IMG/VR virus record: IMGVR_UViG_3300047462_000154
Span: 64,001 to 128,000 of that record
Length of the DNA stretch: 64,000 nt
Strand: one strand, 5' to 3'
Source: a virus
The notes beneath the pieces are model-generated. The model saw nothing but the letters and a program-made list of their open reading frames with translations, had not been told where the DNA came from and did not search any database. Positions 1 to 9,967 of this stretch are shown here, piece after piece. How positions within the stretch are numbered: the first letter of the stretch is position 1; the number at the start of each line of letters is the position of its first letter. The translations under genes were made by a program, and so were the position numbers.

Positions 1-249
1 TTTTCTTTTGTTAAAAAAAATGAAGGAGACTTTGCAATACAAAGAGTTGGTGTTAATGCAGGCACAGTAAAAAAATCATTTTTAAATTGTGCCATTCCAT
101 CACATTATTTTATTCGAGCAGAAGCTAATGTAATGGATATTTTTTTAAAAATAAACTGGGATTCTGTTAAATATAACACAGCAGGAAATCCAAGCATATC
201 TAAACATGAATTGATTTATCTCTATAACAAAGAAAAGGAAAAATTATGA
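1..249 (+). CDS. C-terminal part of a probable phage DNA methyltransferase (5' truncated by window)
   Basis: Frame 1 open from base 1: FSFVKKNEGDFAIQRVGVNAG...SHYFI...NTAGNPSISKHELI; stop overlaps next ATG (ATGA). Motifs recall C-termini of viral adenine MTases. Confidence 0.5.
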   Translation, partial: FSFVKKNEGDFAIQRVGVNAGTVKKSFLNCAIPSHYFIRAEANVMDIFLKINWDSVKYNTAGNPSISKHELIYLYNKEKEKL

Positions 250-815
250 TTTTATTATCGATATTATATGTATTATTTGGTGGAATTATTTGGCGTTTTC
301 GTGGGGGTGCATTAGCAACAATACTTAATTCTAAATTAGGTGGAACAACAGTTGATAGAATTGTTACTTCTTTGGTTTTTCCTTTGCCATTAATATTTGT
401 TTCAAATCCAGGAATTTATTCAATTTTGGTTCTTGGAATATTTTTTGGATTAACAATTTCAGGATGGGGACCATTTCAAGGTTTTGGATTACCATCACCA
501 TATGCACCAGAAAAGTCTTGGTTGGCATGGTTGCCAATTAAATTAGGTTTTTCCGTTGATACTTTACAATATTGTCTTGTTGGAATGATTGAAAATGGTT
601 TAATTTTTGTTTTACCAAGTTTAATTATGCTATTGGTATTTGGTTTTGGAATTCATATGTTATTATTGCTTTTAATGATGGTATTTTTTCCAACAGCTTA
701 TGCAATTCCAAGATTTTTGTCTTTACCATCGATTCCTAAATTTGCATCTGGACAAGAATGGGGAGAAATATTTGTTGGTATATTTTTGGCGTTTGTTTTA
801 CTATTAATTTATTAA
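246..815 (+). CDS. multi-pass membrane protein, unknown function
   Basis: 189 aa with several hydrophobic segments. Confidence 0.7.
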   Translation: MILLSILYVLFGGIIWRFRGGALATILNSKLGGTTVDRIVTSLVFPLPLIFVSNPGIYSILVLGIFFGLTISGWGPFQGFGLPSPYAPEKSWLAWLPIKLGFSVDTLQYCLVGMIENGLIFVLPSLIMLLVFGFGIHMLLLLLMMVFFPTAYAIPRFLSLPSIPKFASGQEWGEIFVGIFLAFVLLLIY

Positions 816-1342
816 AAAATAAACCAGCCAGAATCACCATATATTAAATTAATACTTCCGTAATTCACATTAATTGAATATTGTGAAGCGCCATCTATTG
901 TATCAGACCCATTTGGAATAATTACGATTGGCTGATTAAATGCTTGTCCAGATTCATCTTTAATTGTAAATGTTTTATCTGGCGTTCCTGCTGGCAAATA
1001 TATTGTTGTGCCTTGTAATGATGCACCAAGATAAGATTCAGAATTATTTGCTGTAAATGATGTAGTGGTTATTTTTGTTCTTGCTAATGTGCTTGAACCA
1101 TTTCCAGAATTACCAGAACCACCACCAGAACCTACGGTAACTTCCCATCCATTTGCAGTAGAAAATTGCAATATTGATGGACTATTTCCAAGCAAAATAA
1201 ATAAATCGCCCTGATTCCCAACGAGATTAGAAACGTTTGGACTTATATATCCTTGATATATCGTTAATCCACCAGAACCACCAATTTGAAAACTTTGGTT
1301 GGTTGTTCCAGCTAAAGCCGAATAATTATTAAATACCGTCAT
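812..1342 (-). CDS. virion fibre-associated protein
   Basis: G/S/T/N-rich; C-terminal IKDESG...DTIDG...NVNY..LIY...W domain shared with 1857..4796. Confidence 0.65.
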   Translation of the reverse strand: MTVFNNYSALAGTTNQSFQIGGSGGLTIYQGYISPNVSNLVGNQGDLFILLGNSPSILQFSTANGWEVTVGSGGGSGNSGNGSSTLARTKITTTSFTANNSESYLGASLQGTTIYLPAGTPDKTFTIKDESGQAFNQPIVIIPNGSDTIDGASQYSINVNYGSINLIYGDSGWFIF

Positions 1343-1378
1343 TATTGCTTCCAGTTATCCCTTATTTATTTATTTTTA

Positions 1379-1386
1379 TATAAATA
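1379..1386 (+). promoter_or_regulatory. T4-type late promoter
   Basis: TATAAATA upstream of the 1404/1476 ORFs; gp55-like sigma factor encoded in window. Confidence 0.45.
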
Positions 1387-1475
1387 TTTAAAAAGAGTAA
1401 ATTATGCACGACAACATATATCAAAATTTGCAATCTATAGCAGTTGCTATAAAAATATTTTGTTTGTAAATTAAA

Positions 1476-1805
1476 ATGTCAATTATTTCTTATTTTGAAT
1501 CTGTTGGTGTGGGTTTAGATATTTTTTTATGTTCAATAATAACATGACAAAAAGATACAACATTATCTTTAGCAGCAGCAAATGCGGCAAAGAAAAAAAT
1601 ATTTATTGCTTGTATTTTTTGTAAATTACTTTCTTTTCTTATTCAAAAAAATCATTGCGAAAACCAATTAAATGGAATGCCTATGCAAATCAATAATTAT
1701 ATTAGAGCATTTTTTTGTTTGACATTATTAGCTTTGTTTTTGCAATTTATAATTTTTTTATTCATTAATAATAATAAGCTGTTTATAAAAATTAAAGCAA
1801 TATAA
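1476..1805 (+). pseudogene. small phage membrane protein interrupted by in-frame TGA at 1545-1547
   Basis: MSIISYFESVGVGLDIFLCSIIT*QKDTTLSLAAANAAKKKIFIACIFCKLLSFLIQKNHCE...; one internal stop in a 109-codon frame. Confidence 0.6.
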
Positions 1806-1856
1806 ATTTTTATTTTATTTTTAATAAATAAAAATAAAAGAAAAAAGGTTTAATCC

Positions 1857-4796
1857 ATGGCTTATATTAATACAGCATTTATCAATAACGGCACTTTATT
1901 AGCAACTGCTCATAAATTTGCTATGACTACGAGATTAAATGCTTCTTATGATGGTTCTTCAACCGTAACATTAGATTTAGCATCTGTTGGGACCGTTGGA
2001 ACATATAACAGCATAACAACCGACGTATATGGTAGAATAGTTTCTGGTTCATTACTTGCATATCTAACTTCTAATCAGCCAATAACAGTAACAGGAGATG
2101 CTACTGGTACTGGAACTACATCAATTGCATTAACATTAGCAAATATAGCCACTGCTGGAACCTTTCAATCTATTGTAATAAATTCAAAAGGTTTGGTTAC
2201 CGCTGGTGGTTCTCTTACTTCTACAAACGTAACAAACGCTCTTGGTTTTATTCCAGTATCGACAGCGGCACTTGGTGCAGCAAGTGGTGTTGCTACTTTA
2301 GATGTAACAGGAAAATTAACAACAACACAAATTCCAACTTCATTAATTGGTGGCTTAAACTATCAAGGCACATGGAACGCTTCAACAAACTCACCAACAT
2401 TAACAAGCAGCACTGGAACAAAAGGATATTATTATAAAGTATCCACTGCTGGTTCAACCACATTAGATGGTATTTCTGTTTGGTATGTTGGTGATACTGC
2501 GGTTTTCGACGGCACAACTTGGGATAAAATTGACGGCATAACTAACGAAGTTGTTTCAGTTAATGGTTTCACTGGTGCGGTTGTATTAACCGTATCAAAT
2601 ATTTCTGGTGCGGCACCATTGGCATCTCCAGCATTTACTGGGACACCTACTGCACCAACACCAATTTTAACAGATAATTCTGGTAATCTTGCAACAACTT
2701 CATTTGTTAAAGGACAGGGATATCTTACAACTAACCAAAGCATCACGGTATCTGGTGATGCTACTGGCACCGGCACAAATGCTATTACATTAACTTTAGC
2801 TACGGTAAACTCAACTCCTGGAACATTCACATCTTTTGTTGTGAACGGAAAAGGATTAGTAACTTCTGGTGCAAACTTGGCGGTATCTGGTGACGTAACT
2901 GGAACTGCATCTAACTCAACATTAGTTCTTACTCTTGCAACTGTAGCAACTGCTGGAACATATCAATCTGTTGTTATTAATAACAAAGGTTTAGTAGTTT
3001 CTGGTTCATCATTAACTTCCGCAAACGTAACAACTGCACTTGGGTATACTCCATCAACTCCCGTAGTAACAACTCCAGGCACATATAATAGCGTAACCAT
3101 TAACTCTGCTGGACAAGTTATAGCCGCTACTAACGCTTCATATTCTGGTGGTAACATTATTTTAACCTTAAATGGCGCGGTAACTGGTACGGTAGCAAGT
3201 TCTTCTGGTACAATTACTGTTTCAACAACATTCCAATCATCTCCTGCATTTTTGGGAATTCCAACTGCACCAACTGCAATTTATGGCACAAATACAACAC
3301 AATTAGCAACAACCGCATTTGTTACTTCTGCCCAAGGCAACAATCCTCCAACTATTTTCATCACAAACACTGGCAATACTATTGCTGGTTCTCAAGCTGG
3401 TGCAATGGTAGAAATTACCGGAACCGTTATTTCTGCGGCTACTGTAGTTTCTGCTGTTGGTGTTTCTGGTGAGCAATTTACTTTCTTCAATAATTCAACA
3501 CAGGTATTTACAGGCACATCCCTTGGTGGCGTATTTAGTGGTCCTGGTGGTTCTGGTAATACATTATTAAGTGTTCCTGCTGGTGCAAAAGTTTCAATCA
3601 CTTCAGATGGAACTAATTGGATTGCAGGCGGATATGCTTACACAGGAAATATTGGTCCATGGCTGCAATTATCGGGTGGCGCGGTAACAGGGACAGTTTC
3701 GTTTGCTACAACCGTGACTGCACCAACTGTTGTTTTAACTGATAGCTCAACTAACGTTGCCACCACATCATTTGTTAAAGGACAAGGATATTTAACAACT
3801 AACCAAAGTATCACGATATCTGGTGATGCTTCTGGAACTGGCACAACATCTATTCCTTTAACTTTGGCAACAGTTAACGTTGCACCAGGAACCTTCACAT
3901 CTTTTGTTGTAAATGGCAAAGGTTTAGTTACTTCTGGCGTTAATATGACATTTACTGGCGATGCCACTGGAACTGCAACTGGTTCGACTGTTGCATTAAC
4001 CTTGGCAACTGTAGTAACGGCTGGTACATATCAAAGTGTTTCAGTTAACGCAAAAGGTTTAGTGGTTGCTGGTTCTTCATTAACTTCTGCAAACGTAACA
4101 ACTGCTCTTGGGTATACTCCATCAACACCAATAGTTTCAACTGCTGGAACGTACAATAACGTTGTTATTAACACCGCTGGACAAGTTGTTTCTGGAACAA
4201 GTGTTGGTTATATAACTGCCAACCAAACAATAACATTATCTGGAGACGTTTCTGGTTCTGGAACAACCGCAATTCCTACAACTTTAGCAACCGTTAACGC
4301 ATCTCCTGGAACCTTCACATCTTTTGTTGTAAATGGCAAAGGTTTAGTTACTTCTGGTGTTAACTTAACGGCTACTGGTGATGCCACTGGAACTGCTTCT
4401 GGTTCTTCAATTGCATTAACATTGGCGGCTTCTGGTGTAACTCCTGGAACATATTCAAGCATCGTTGTTAACTCAAAAGGTTTAGTAACGCAAGGTTTGG
4501 CTGGAAATGCTGCTTGGTCAAGATTAGCTGTATCTACTGCTACAGCAACCGTTGGTACAGCATCAACTTATGTTGGTGTTAACTATGCTGGAACTGTTAC
4601 TGTAACTTTGGCTCTTGGCAGCACAGAAGGAAGAATTCTTTACATCAAAGATGAATCTGGTGCAGCATATACCAATAACATTACGATTGTTGCTTCAACA
4701 CCAGATACGATTGATGGTTCAACAACTACTATTTTAAATGTTAATTATGAAGGCGCACAATTAATTTATTCTGGAAGTGCTTGGCGTCAACTCTAA
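1857..4796 (+). CDS. long repetitive fibre protein
   Basis: 979 aa T/G/S-rich with repeated GDATGTG..LTLA..TAGTY.SV.VN.KGLV and PTAPT....N...LATT.FV modules. Confidence 0.8.
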   Translation: MAYINTAFINNGTLLATAHKFAMTTRLNASYDGSSTVTLDLASVGTVGTYNSITTDVYGRIVSGSLLAYLTSNQPITVTGDATGTGTTSIALTLANIATAGTFQSIVINSKGLVTAGGSLTSTNVTNALGFIPVSTAALGAASGVATLDVTGKLTTTQIPTSLIGGLNYQGTWNASTNSPTLTSSTGTKGYYYKVSTAGSTTLDGISVWYVGDTAVFDGTTWDKIDGITNEVVSVNGFTGAVVLTVSNISGAAPLASPAFTGTPTAPTPILTDNSGNLATTSFVKGQGYLTTNQSITVSGDATGTGTNAITLTLATVNSTPGTFTSFVVNGKGLVTSGANLAVSGDVTGTASNSTLVLTLATVATAGTYQSVVINNKGLVVSGSSLTSANVTTALGYTPSTPVVTTPGTYNSVTINSAGQVIAATNASYSGGNIILTLNGAVTGTVASSSGTITVSTTFQSSPAFLGIPTAPTAIYGTNTTQLATTAFVTSAQGNNPPTIFITNTGNTIAGSQAGAMVEITGTVISAATVVSAVGVSGEQFTFFNNSTQVFTGTSLGGVFSGPGGSGNTLLSVPAGAKVSITSDGTNWIAGGYAYTGNIGPWLQLSGGAVTGTVSFATTVTAPTVVLTDSSTNVATTSFVKGQGYLTTNQSITISGDASGTGTTSIPLTLATVNVAPGTFTSFVVNGKGLVTSGVNMTFTGDATGTATGSTVALTLATVVTAGTYQSVSVNAKGLVVAGSSLTSANVTTALGYTPSTPIVSTAGTYNNVVINTAGQVVSGTSVGYITANQTITLSGDVSGSGTTAIPTTLATVNASPGTFTSFVVNGKGLVTSGVNLTATGDATGTASGSSIALTLAASGVTPGTYSSIVVNSKGLVTQGLAGNAAWSRLAVSTATATVGTASTYVGVNYAGTVTVTLALGSTEGRILYIKDESGAAYTNNITIVASTPDTIDGSTTTILNVNYEGAQLIYSGSAWRQL

Positions 4797-4823
4797 TTTT
4801 TAAAAATGGTGGAGATATGAATA

Positions 4824-4918
4824 GTGCGCGGGATAGGAATTACCATTATTAAATTATGTCAATCATATAATCTTAACGATATAAGAAGAAGTAAAATATG
4901 CGCGGGATAGGTATAACA
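4824..4918 (+). repeat. duplicated gene start (V/M-RGIGIT) 74 bp apart
   Basis: gtgcgcgggataggaattacc at 4824 versus atgcgcgggataggtataaca at 4898. Confidence 0.8.
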
Positions 4919-7321
4919 AATAACGGCACGTTATTAACCAGTAATTTGAGTGTATTAACATCAACTGCGCCCTTTATTTTTACACAAGGTGTTAATAGTG
5001 AAGTTATACTTTTAAGCCTTTCTAACTCTGGTGTTACGGCTGGAACATATAATAATGTTGTTGTTAATACTTTTGGATTGGTTACATCTGCATCAAATAT
5101 TGCATATTTGACAACTAACCAAAGTATAACATTGTCTGGGGATGTTTCTGGAACTGGTGCAACTTCCATAACAACCACGCTTGCTACTATTGGAAGTGTT
5201 GGAACTTATACTGCTGTTGTTACTGATTCAAAAGGAAGAGTTTCTGTAGGCGCTAACATGACGTTTACTGGTGATGCAACTGGCACCGCCACAAATGCAA
5301 CTGTTGCTTTAACTTTAGCTGCTACTGGTGTATCTGCCGGAACATATACCAAAGTTACGGTGAATACAAAAGGATTAATTACTTCTGCTACAAATTTATC
5401 TTCTTCTGATGTTACGACTGCGCTTGGTTTCACTCCTTCAACTCCTGTTGTAACAACCACTGGAACTTATAATACCGTTGTTATTAATTCTTCTGGACAA
5501 GTAATTTCTGCCACAAATTCATCAAGTGGCACTGGAAATATTGGTAACATTAATTTAACATTGACTGGTGCTGTTACTGGTACTTCTTCAAGTGCTAACG
5601 GAACATTATCTTTACCAACAACATTTGCGTCAAATGGAACATTTCTTGGTAATTTAACAGTAGTTGGTTCATTTACTGCTGGATATTTAGATAACACAAT
5701 TATTGGACAAACAACTCCTGCAAACGGAACATTTACAAATTTAGTTGCATCTTCAGAAACAATTGGTTCTGGAACTGATGGAACATTATTTGAAGATAAT
5801 TATAGCACCACTTATCTTGGAGATATTTTATCAGCAAAACCATATTTTGCTATTTTAAGAACAACTGGTCAAATTGGTTCAGTCAATCAAGCAAATTATA
5901 ATTCTGCGCCAACATTTAGAAATACATTAGATGATGGCTCTGGAAATTTAATTATTCCTGGTAGCGCGACTATTGGAAATCTTACTGTAACTTCTTCTCT
6001 TAATATATCATCATCTTCACTTAATATAACATCCGCAACTATTGGAACGATGACCGGAAACACGATAAATGTTTCAGGAACAATAAATGCGAATACAATT
6101 TCTTCGTCATCTGGTACTTTAAATTTGGGTGCAAATTTAGTTGGAACATATGGAAAATTTACTTCAACTAGCGGTTCCAATGTAATTAACCTTACTGTTG
6201 GTAGTGCTAGTTATCCAATTAACATTTATGATTGGAGTGGTGCAGGCTCATGGATTGATTTAACCGCTGGTTCGTTAAGCGGAATAGGTACTGGTGGTCC
6301 TGGTATGAATGCTTGGATTGCTTATGCAAAAATCTCAGGTAATTGGTTTGGTGATTCGCAAGCGGGTGATATTGTATATAGAAATTCAGGCACAAATGCT
6401 CTTCTTTTTGGCTCAGGCTCAAATAGTGATTTTTCTTTAAGAAATTCACAAGCCACATTTAGATTAATGGCAACATTTACTGGTGGCGTTGCATTACTTG
6501 CTGCATCAACAGGCGTAACAGCAAGCACTACGGATAACTCTACAAATTTAGCCACTACCGCATTTGTAAAAAATCAAAATTATTTAAATAGTTTATCTAT
6601 AACTGGTGCTGCAACTGGCACAGCAACAGGTTCAAATGGTACGTATTCATTACCATTAACATTAGCTACTTCTGGCGTCACTGCGGGCACTTATAATAAT
6701 GTGGTGGTAAACACCTACGGTATTGTAACAAGTGCCTCTAACGTTACGTATTCGGCTGGAAATATAGCAATTACTGCAACTGGTGCTGCTAATGGCACGG
6801 CAACGGTTTCAAACGGCACATATTCATTACCATTAACATTAAATAATGCTGGTATTGTTGCTGGTTTAGGATATGCACCAGACCAAACATATTATGGAAC
6901 AGCAACAATTAATTTTGGTAGTGCTCCTGGTTCATCAACTGCTACAGTAAATGTTTCACAAACAAACACAACTGCAACATCATGTCCAAAACTTTTTGTA
7001 AATGGAACAAGTTCTACAACAACACATAATGCTTCTGAACATGCATTAGCAAATATGTTATTTACATTATCTTGTACAAGTATAACTTCTGGAGTTGGTT
7101 TTACAATATCGGCTTATAGCCTTGTTGGAAATTTAACTGGAACATTTATAATTTCATATGAAATGTTAGTTATCGGGTCAACTGTAGCTGTTAGTGGATT
7201 TGTAAATCCAGTACCAAATTTAGAAACAATAAATTCAACACAAACTTATCAGGGACCAGTGATTGTTCAATCTGGCGGAACATTGGTTGTTCCATCAGGT
7301 GTTACATTTACTGTTACGTGA
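4898..7321 (+). CDS. repetitive fibre protein
   Basis: 807 aa with the same repeat modules as 1857..4796 plus a unique central domain. Confidence 0.8.
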   Translation: MRGIGITNNGTLLTSNLSVLTSTAPFIFTQGVNSEVILLSLSNSGVTAGTYNNVVVNTFGLVTSASNIAYLTTNQSITLSGDVSGTGATSITTTLATIGSVGTYTAVVTDSKGRVSVGANMTFTGDATGTATNATVALTLAATGVSAGTYTKVTVNTKGLITSATNLSSSDVTTALGFTPSTPVVTTTGTYNTVVINSSGQVISATNSSSGTGNIGNINLTLTGAVTGTSSSANGTLSLPTTFASNGTFLGNLTVVGSFTAGYLDNTIIGQTTPANGTFTNLVASSETIGSGTDGTLFEDNYSTTYLGDILSAKPYFAILRTTGQIGSVNQANYNSAPTFRNTLDDGSGNLIIPGSATIGNLTVTSSLNISSSSLNITSATIGTMTGNTINVSGTINANTISSSSGTLNLGANLVGTYGKFTSTSGSNVINLTVGSASYPINIYDWSGAGSWIDLTAGSLSGIGTGGPGMNAWIAYAKISGNWFGDSQAGDIVYRNSGTNALLFGSGSNSDFSLRNSQATFRLMATFTGGVALLAASTGVTASTTDNSTNLATTAFVKNQNYLNSLSITGAATGTATGSNGTYSLPLTLATSGVTAGTYNNVVVNTYGIVTSASNVTYSAGNIAITATGAANGTATVSNGTYSLPLTLNNAGIVAGLGYAPDQTYYGTATINFGSAPGSSTATVNVSQTNTTATSCPKLFVNGTSSTTTHNASEHALANMLFTLSCTSITSGVGFTISAYSLVGNLTGTFIISYEMLVIGSTVAVSGFVNPVPNLETINSTQTYQGPVIVQSGGTLVVPSGVTFTVT

Positions 7322-7334
7322 TTTTAAAAATTTT

Positions 7335-7342
7335 TATAAATA
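7335..7342 (+). promoter_or_regulatory. T4-type late promoter
   Basis: TATAAATA 22 nt upstream of ATG 7365, with AGGA RBS between. Confidence 0.6.
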
Positions 7343-7364
7343 TACTAAAAATAGGAAATAAAAA

Positions 7365-8804
7365 ATGGGTATTCCAATACAAGGTTATGTTACAGGAAAT
7401 GGTGTTGAAGCCGATTCAAACAATCGTTTACTTGTAAATACTCCAACATTAGCCGCTAGTGCTGGTTATGTAAATGCAAATTCGATGTTAGATACAGGAA
7501 CTTATACAGGTGCTCCATTAATTCGTTCGCCAAAAATATCTTCAAGAAACAACACAAGTATTTCATTTGATGCCCCATTAGTGAATGAAATTTTTAATTA
7601 TCCAGCACAAAACACAGCAGATTATAAGTATTTAAGCAATGTTTCTACAACATCTTTTAATAATGGTTTTGCTTTATTAAATTCTGGTTCTTCGACTGCT
7701 TCTGGTCAAACATTACTGCAATCTTATCGCTCAATACCAATTTATGGTGTTGGTGGAATGATTATAAATTTCAGTCTTGGATTGAACATTGCACCAATAA
7801 CTAATTTCCAAGCAGAATTTGGTATTTTTTCACAATCTGGTACTGCGCCATATACACCAACGGATGGTGTATATTTTAGATTTACATCTGCTGGGTTGAT
7901 TGGGGTAACAAATTTTAATGGGACTGAAACAACAACAGCAACATTAATTGCTGCTGCTAATTTAACATTAAATGTTCAAACATTTTATGAAATAAGAATT
8001 CATTCAACAAGAGCCGAATTTTGGACAATTTCTTCTTCTGGTGTTTTTACACTACTCGGATATTTAAATAATACTGGAAACAATCTTCCATTTTTATCTG
8101 GTGCGTTACCTATTGCAGTTAGACATAATAATACTGGCACAACAAGTTCTGCTGTTCAAATCAAACTTGGTTCTTGGGCGGCAACATTAGTTGATTATGA
8201 ACCAAATAAACCATGGGCACATGCTTTGGCTGGCGATGGCGCATTTTTGTATCAAGGACAGCCAGGAGGCACGATGGGGTCCACAGCGCTTTCTGTGAAC
8301 AATACAGCCCCTACCGCTGCTGTTCCCACAAATACAACCGCTGCTTTGGGTTCAGGATTAGGTGGATTATTTTATTCAACAGCAACTATTGCAGTCACAA
8401 CCGATGGTATTATAAGTTCATATCAAAATCCTTTAGGTTCTATAAACCAGCAACCAAGAGGAATGTATGTAACTGGTGTTCGAGTTGATACAGCGGTAAT
8501 CACTGTTTTGGCTGGTGGTCCTTTTATTTTATCTTGGGGATTAGCTTTTGGTCATACTGCTGTGTCATTGGCAACAACAGAAAGCGCATCAACAAAAGCA
8601 CCAAGACGATTAGTTTTAGGCATTCAAGTATTTCCTGCTACTGCTGCGGTTGGAACACAAGGAAATACTGTTGCTATAGAATTTACTACACCAATTTATT
8701 TAAATCCTGGTGAATTTATTCAAACATTTTATAGAAATATTGGAACTGTTGGTACAAGCGGAACATTTGCTCACGCAATAGCATTTGATGGATATTGGGA
8801 ATAA
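7365..8804 (+). CDS. virion structural protein, beta-rich
   Basis: 479 aa, low charge, in fibre cluster behind a late promoter. Confidence 0.6.
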   Translation: MGIPIQGYVTGNGVEADSNNRLLVNTPTLAASAGYVNANSMLDTGTYTGAPLIRSPKISSRNNTSISFDAPLVNEIFNYPAQNTADYKYLSNVSTTSFNNGFALLNSGSSTASGQTLLQSYRSIPIYGVGGMIINFSLGLNIAPITNFQAEFGIFSQSGTAPYTPTDGVYFRFTSAGLIGVTNFNGTETTTATLIAAANLTLNVQTFYEIRIHSTRAEFWTISSSGVFTLLGYLNNTGNNLPFLSGALPIAVRHNNTGTTSSAVQIKLGSWAATLVDYEPNKPWAHALAGDGAFLYQGQPGGTMGSTALSVNNTAPTAAVPTNTTAALGSGLGGLFYSTATIAVTTDGIISSYQNPLGSINQQPRGMYVTGVRVDTAVITVLAGGPFILSWGLAFGHTAVSLATTESASTKAPRRLVLGIQVFPATAAVGTQGNTVAIEFTTPIYLNPGEFIQTFYRNIGTVGTSGTFAHAIAFDGYWE

Positions 8805-8809
8805 TTTAA

Positions 8810-9949
8810 ATGACAACAACAATTGACGGTACATTAGGCGTAACCGCACCAGCCTTAAATATCACAGGAACATCATCATTAACAACTGTTTTTGTATCAG
8901 CAACTTTAACTGCACCAACTGTTGTTTTAACCGATAGCTCAACTAACGTTGCCACTACGTCATTTGTTAAAGGTCAAAATTATCTAACTTCTAATCAAAG
9001 TATAACAATTACTGGTGACGTATCTGGTACTGGCAATTCAGCGATAACATTAACATTGGCGTCTACAGGCGTAACTGCCGGAACATATAATACCGTAGTA
9101 GTTAATGGAAAAGGTTTAGTAACAAGTGCATCTAATGTCGCTTATGGCACTGGTGGCACAGGAAGTGTTGTTATAACCGCAACAGGAGCCGCAACCGGTG
9201 CCACAACAGGTTCAAATGGCACTTACTCTCTCCCATTAACATTAGCCACTTCAGGCATCACTGCTGGAACATATAACAACGTTGTATTTAATACTTACGG
9301 AATTGCAACAAGTGGAACATTATTATCTTATTTAACTACTAATCAAAGCATTACTGTTTCAGGTGATGCTTCTGGAACTGGCACTACAGCTATTACTTTA
9401 ACTTTAGCAACCGTTAACGCAACTCCTGGAACATATACTGCATTTGTTGTCAATAGTAAGGGATTAATTACTTCGGTTATTAACCAAACATTTACTGGGG
9501 ACGTATCTGGAACTGGTTCTGCTTCTGTAACGTCATTGACATTAGCAACTGTTAACAGCACACCAGGAACATTTAATACTGTTGTGGTTAATGCCAAAGG
9601 ATTAGTAACAAGTGCATCTAATGCTACTTATGGTGTTACTCCTGTAACTACTGTTGGTTCCGCAACCGCATCACAAGCATTGGTTTTTGCAACATCTGGG
9701 AATAATTGTTACGATATAACATTAACTCAAAATTGCACTATAACATTAACTGGTGGAACTACTGGACAATACCAACAATGTGTTCTGATTATTAGACAAA
9801 ATTCAACTGCTGGATGGACGCCAACATTACCTAGTGGTGTTAAATGGTCTGGTGGTGTTGCGCCAACTCCCAACACAACTGCTGGGAAAATAGACCTTTT
9901 CACATTTTCTACATCTGATGGTGGCGTGACATTATTTGGTAGTTATTAA
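8810..9949 (+). CDS. fibre protein with conserved C-terminal tip domain
   Basis: Fibre repeats plus C-terminal LIIRQ..AG.TPTLPSGVKWSGGVAP...GKIDLFTF...GG..LFG. Confidence 0.75.
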   Translation: MTTTIDGTLGVTAPALNITGTSSLTTVFVSATLTAPTVVLTDSSTNVATTSFVKGQNYLTSNQSITITGDVSGTGNSAITLTLASTGVTAGTYNTVVVNGKGLVTSASNVAYGTGGTGSVVITATGAATGATTGSNGTYSLPLTLATSGITAGTYNNVVFNTYGIATSGTLLSYLTTNQSITVSGDASGTGTTAITLTLATVNATPGTYTAFVVNSKGLITSVINQTFTGDVSGTGSASVTSLTLATVNSTPGTFNTVVVNAKGLVTSASNATYGVTPVTTVGSATASQALVFATSGNNCYDITLTQNCTITLTGGTTGQYQQCVLIIRQNSTAGWTPTLPSGVKWSGGVAPTPNTTAGKIDLFTFSTSDGGVTLFGSY

Positions 9950-9967
9950 TTAAATTAGGAATTTATT

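Noticed and set aside
1545-1547. TGA recoding (genetic code 4 or 25)
   Set aside because: TGA acts as a normal stop elsewhere (ATGA overlaps at 246 and 47444, TGATG at 41368) and long genes have no in-frame TGA
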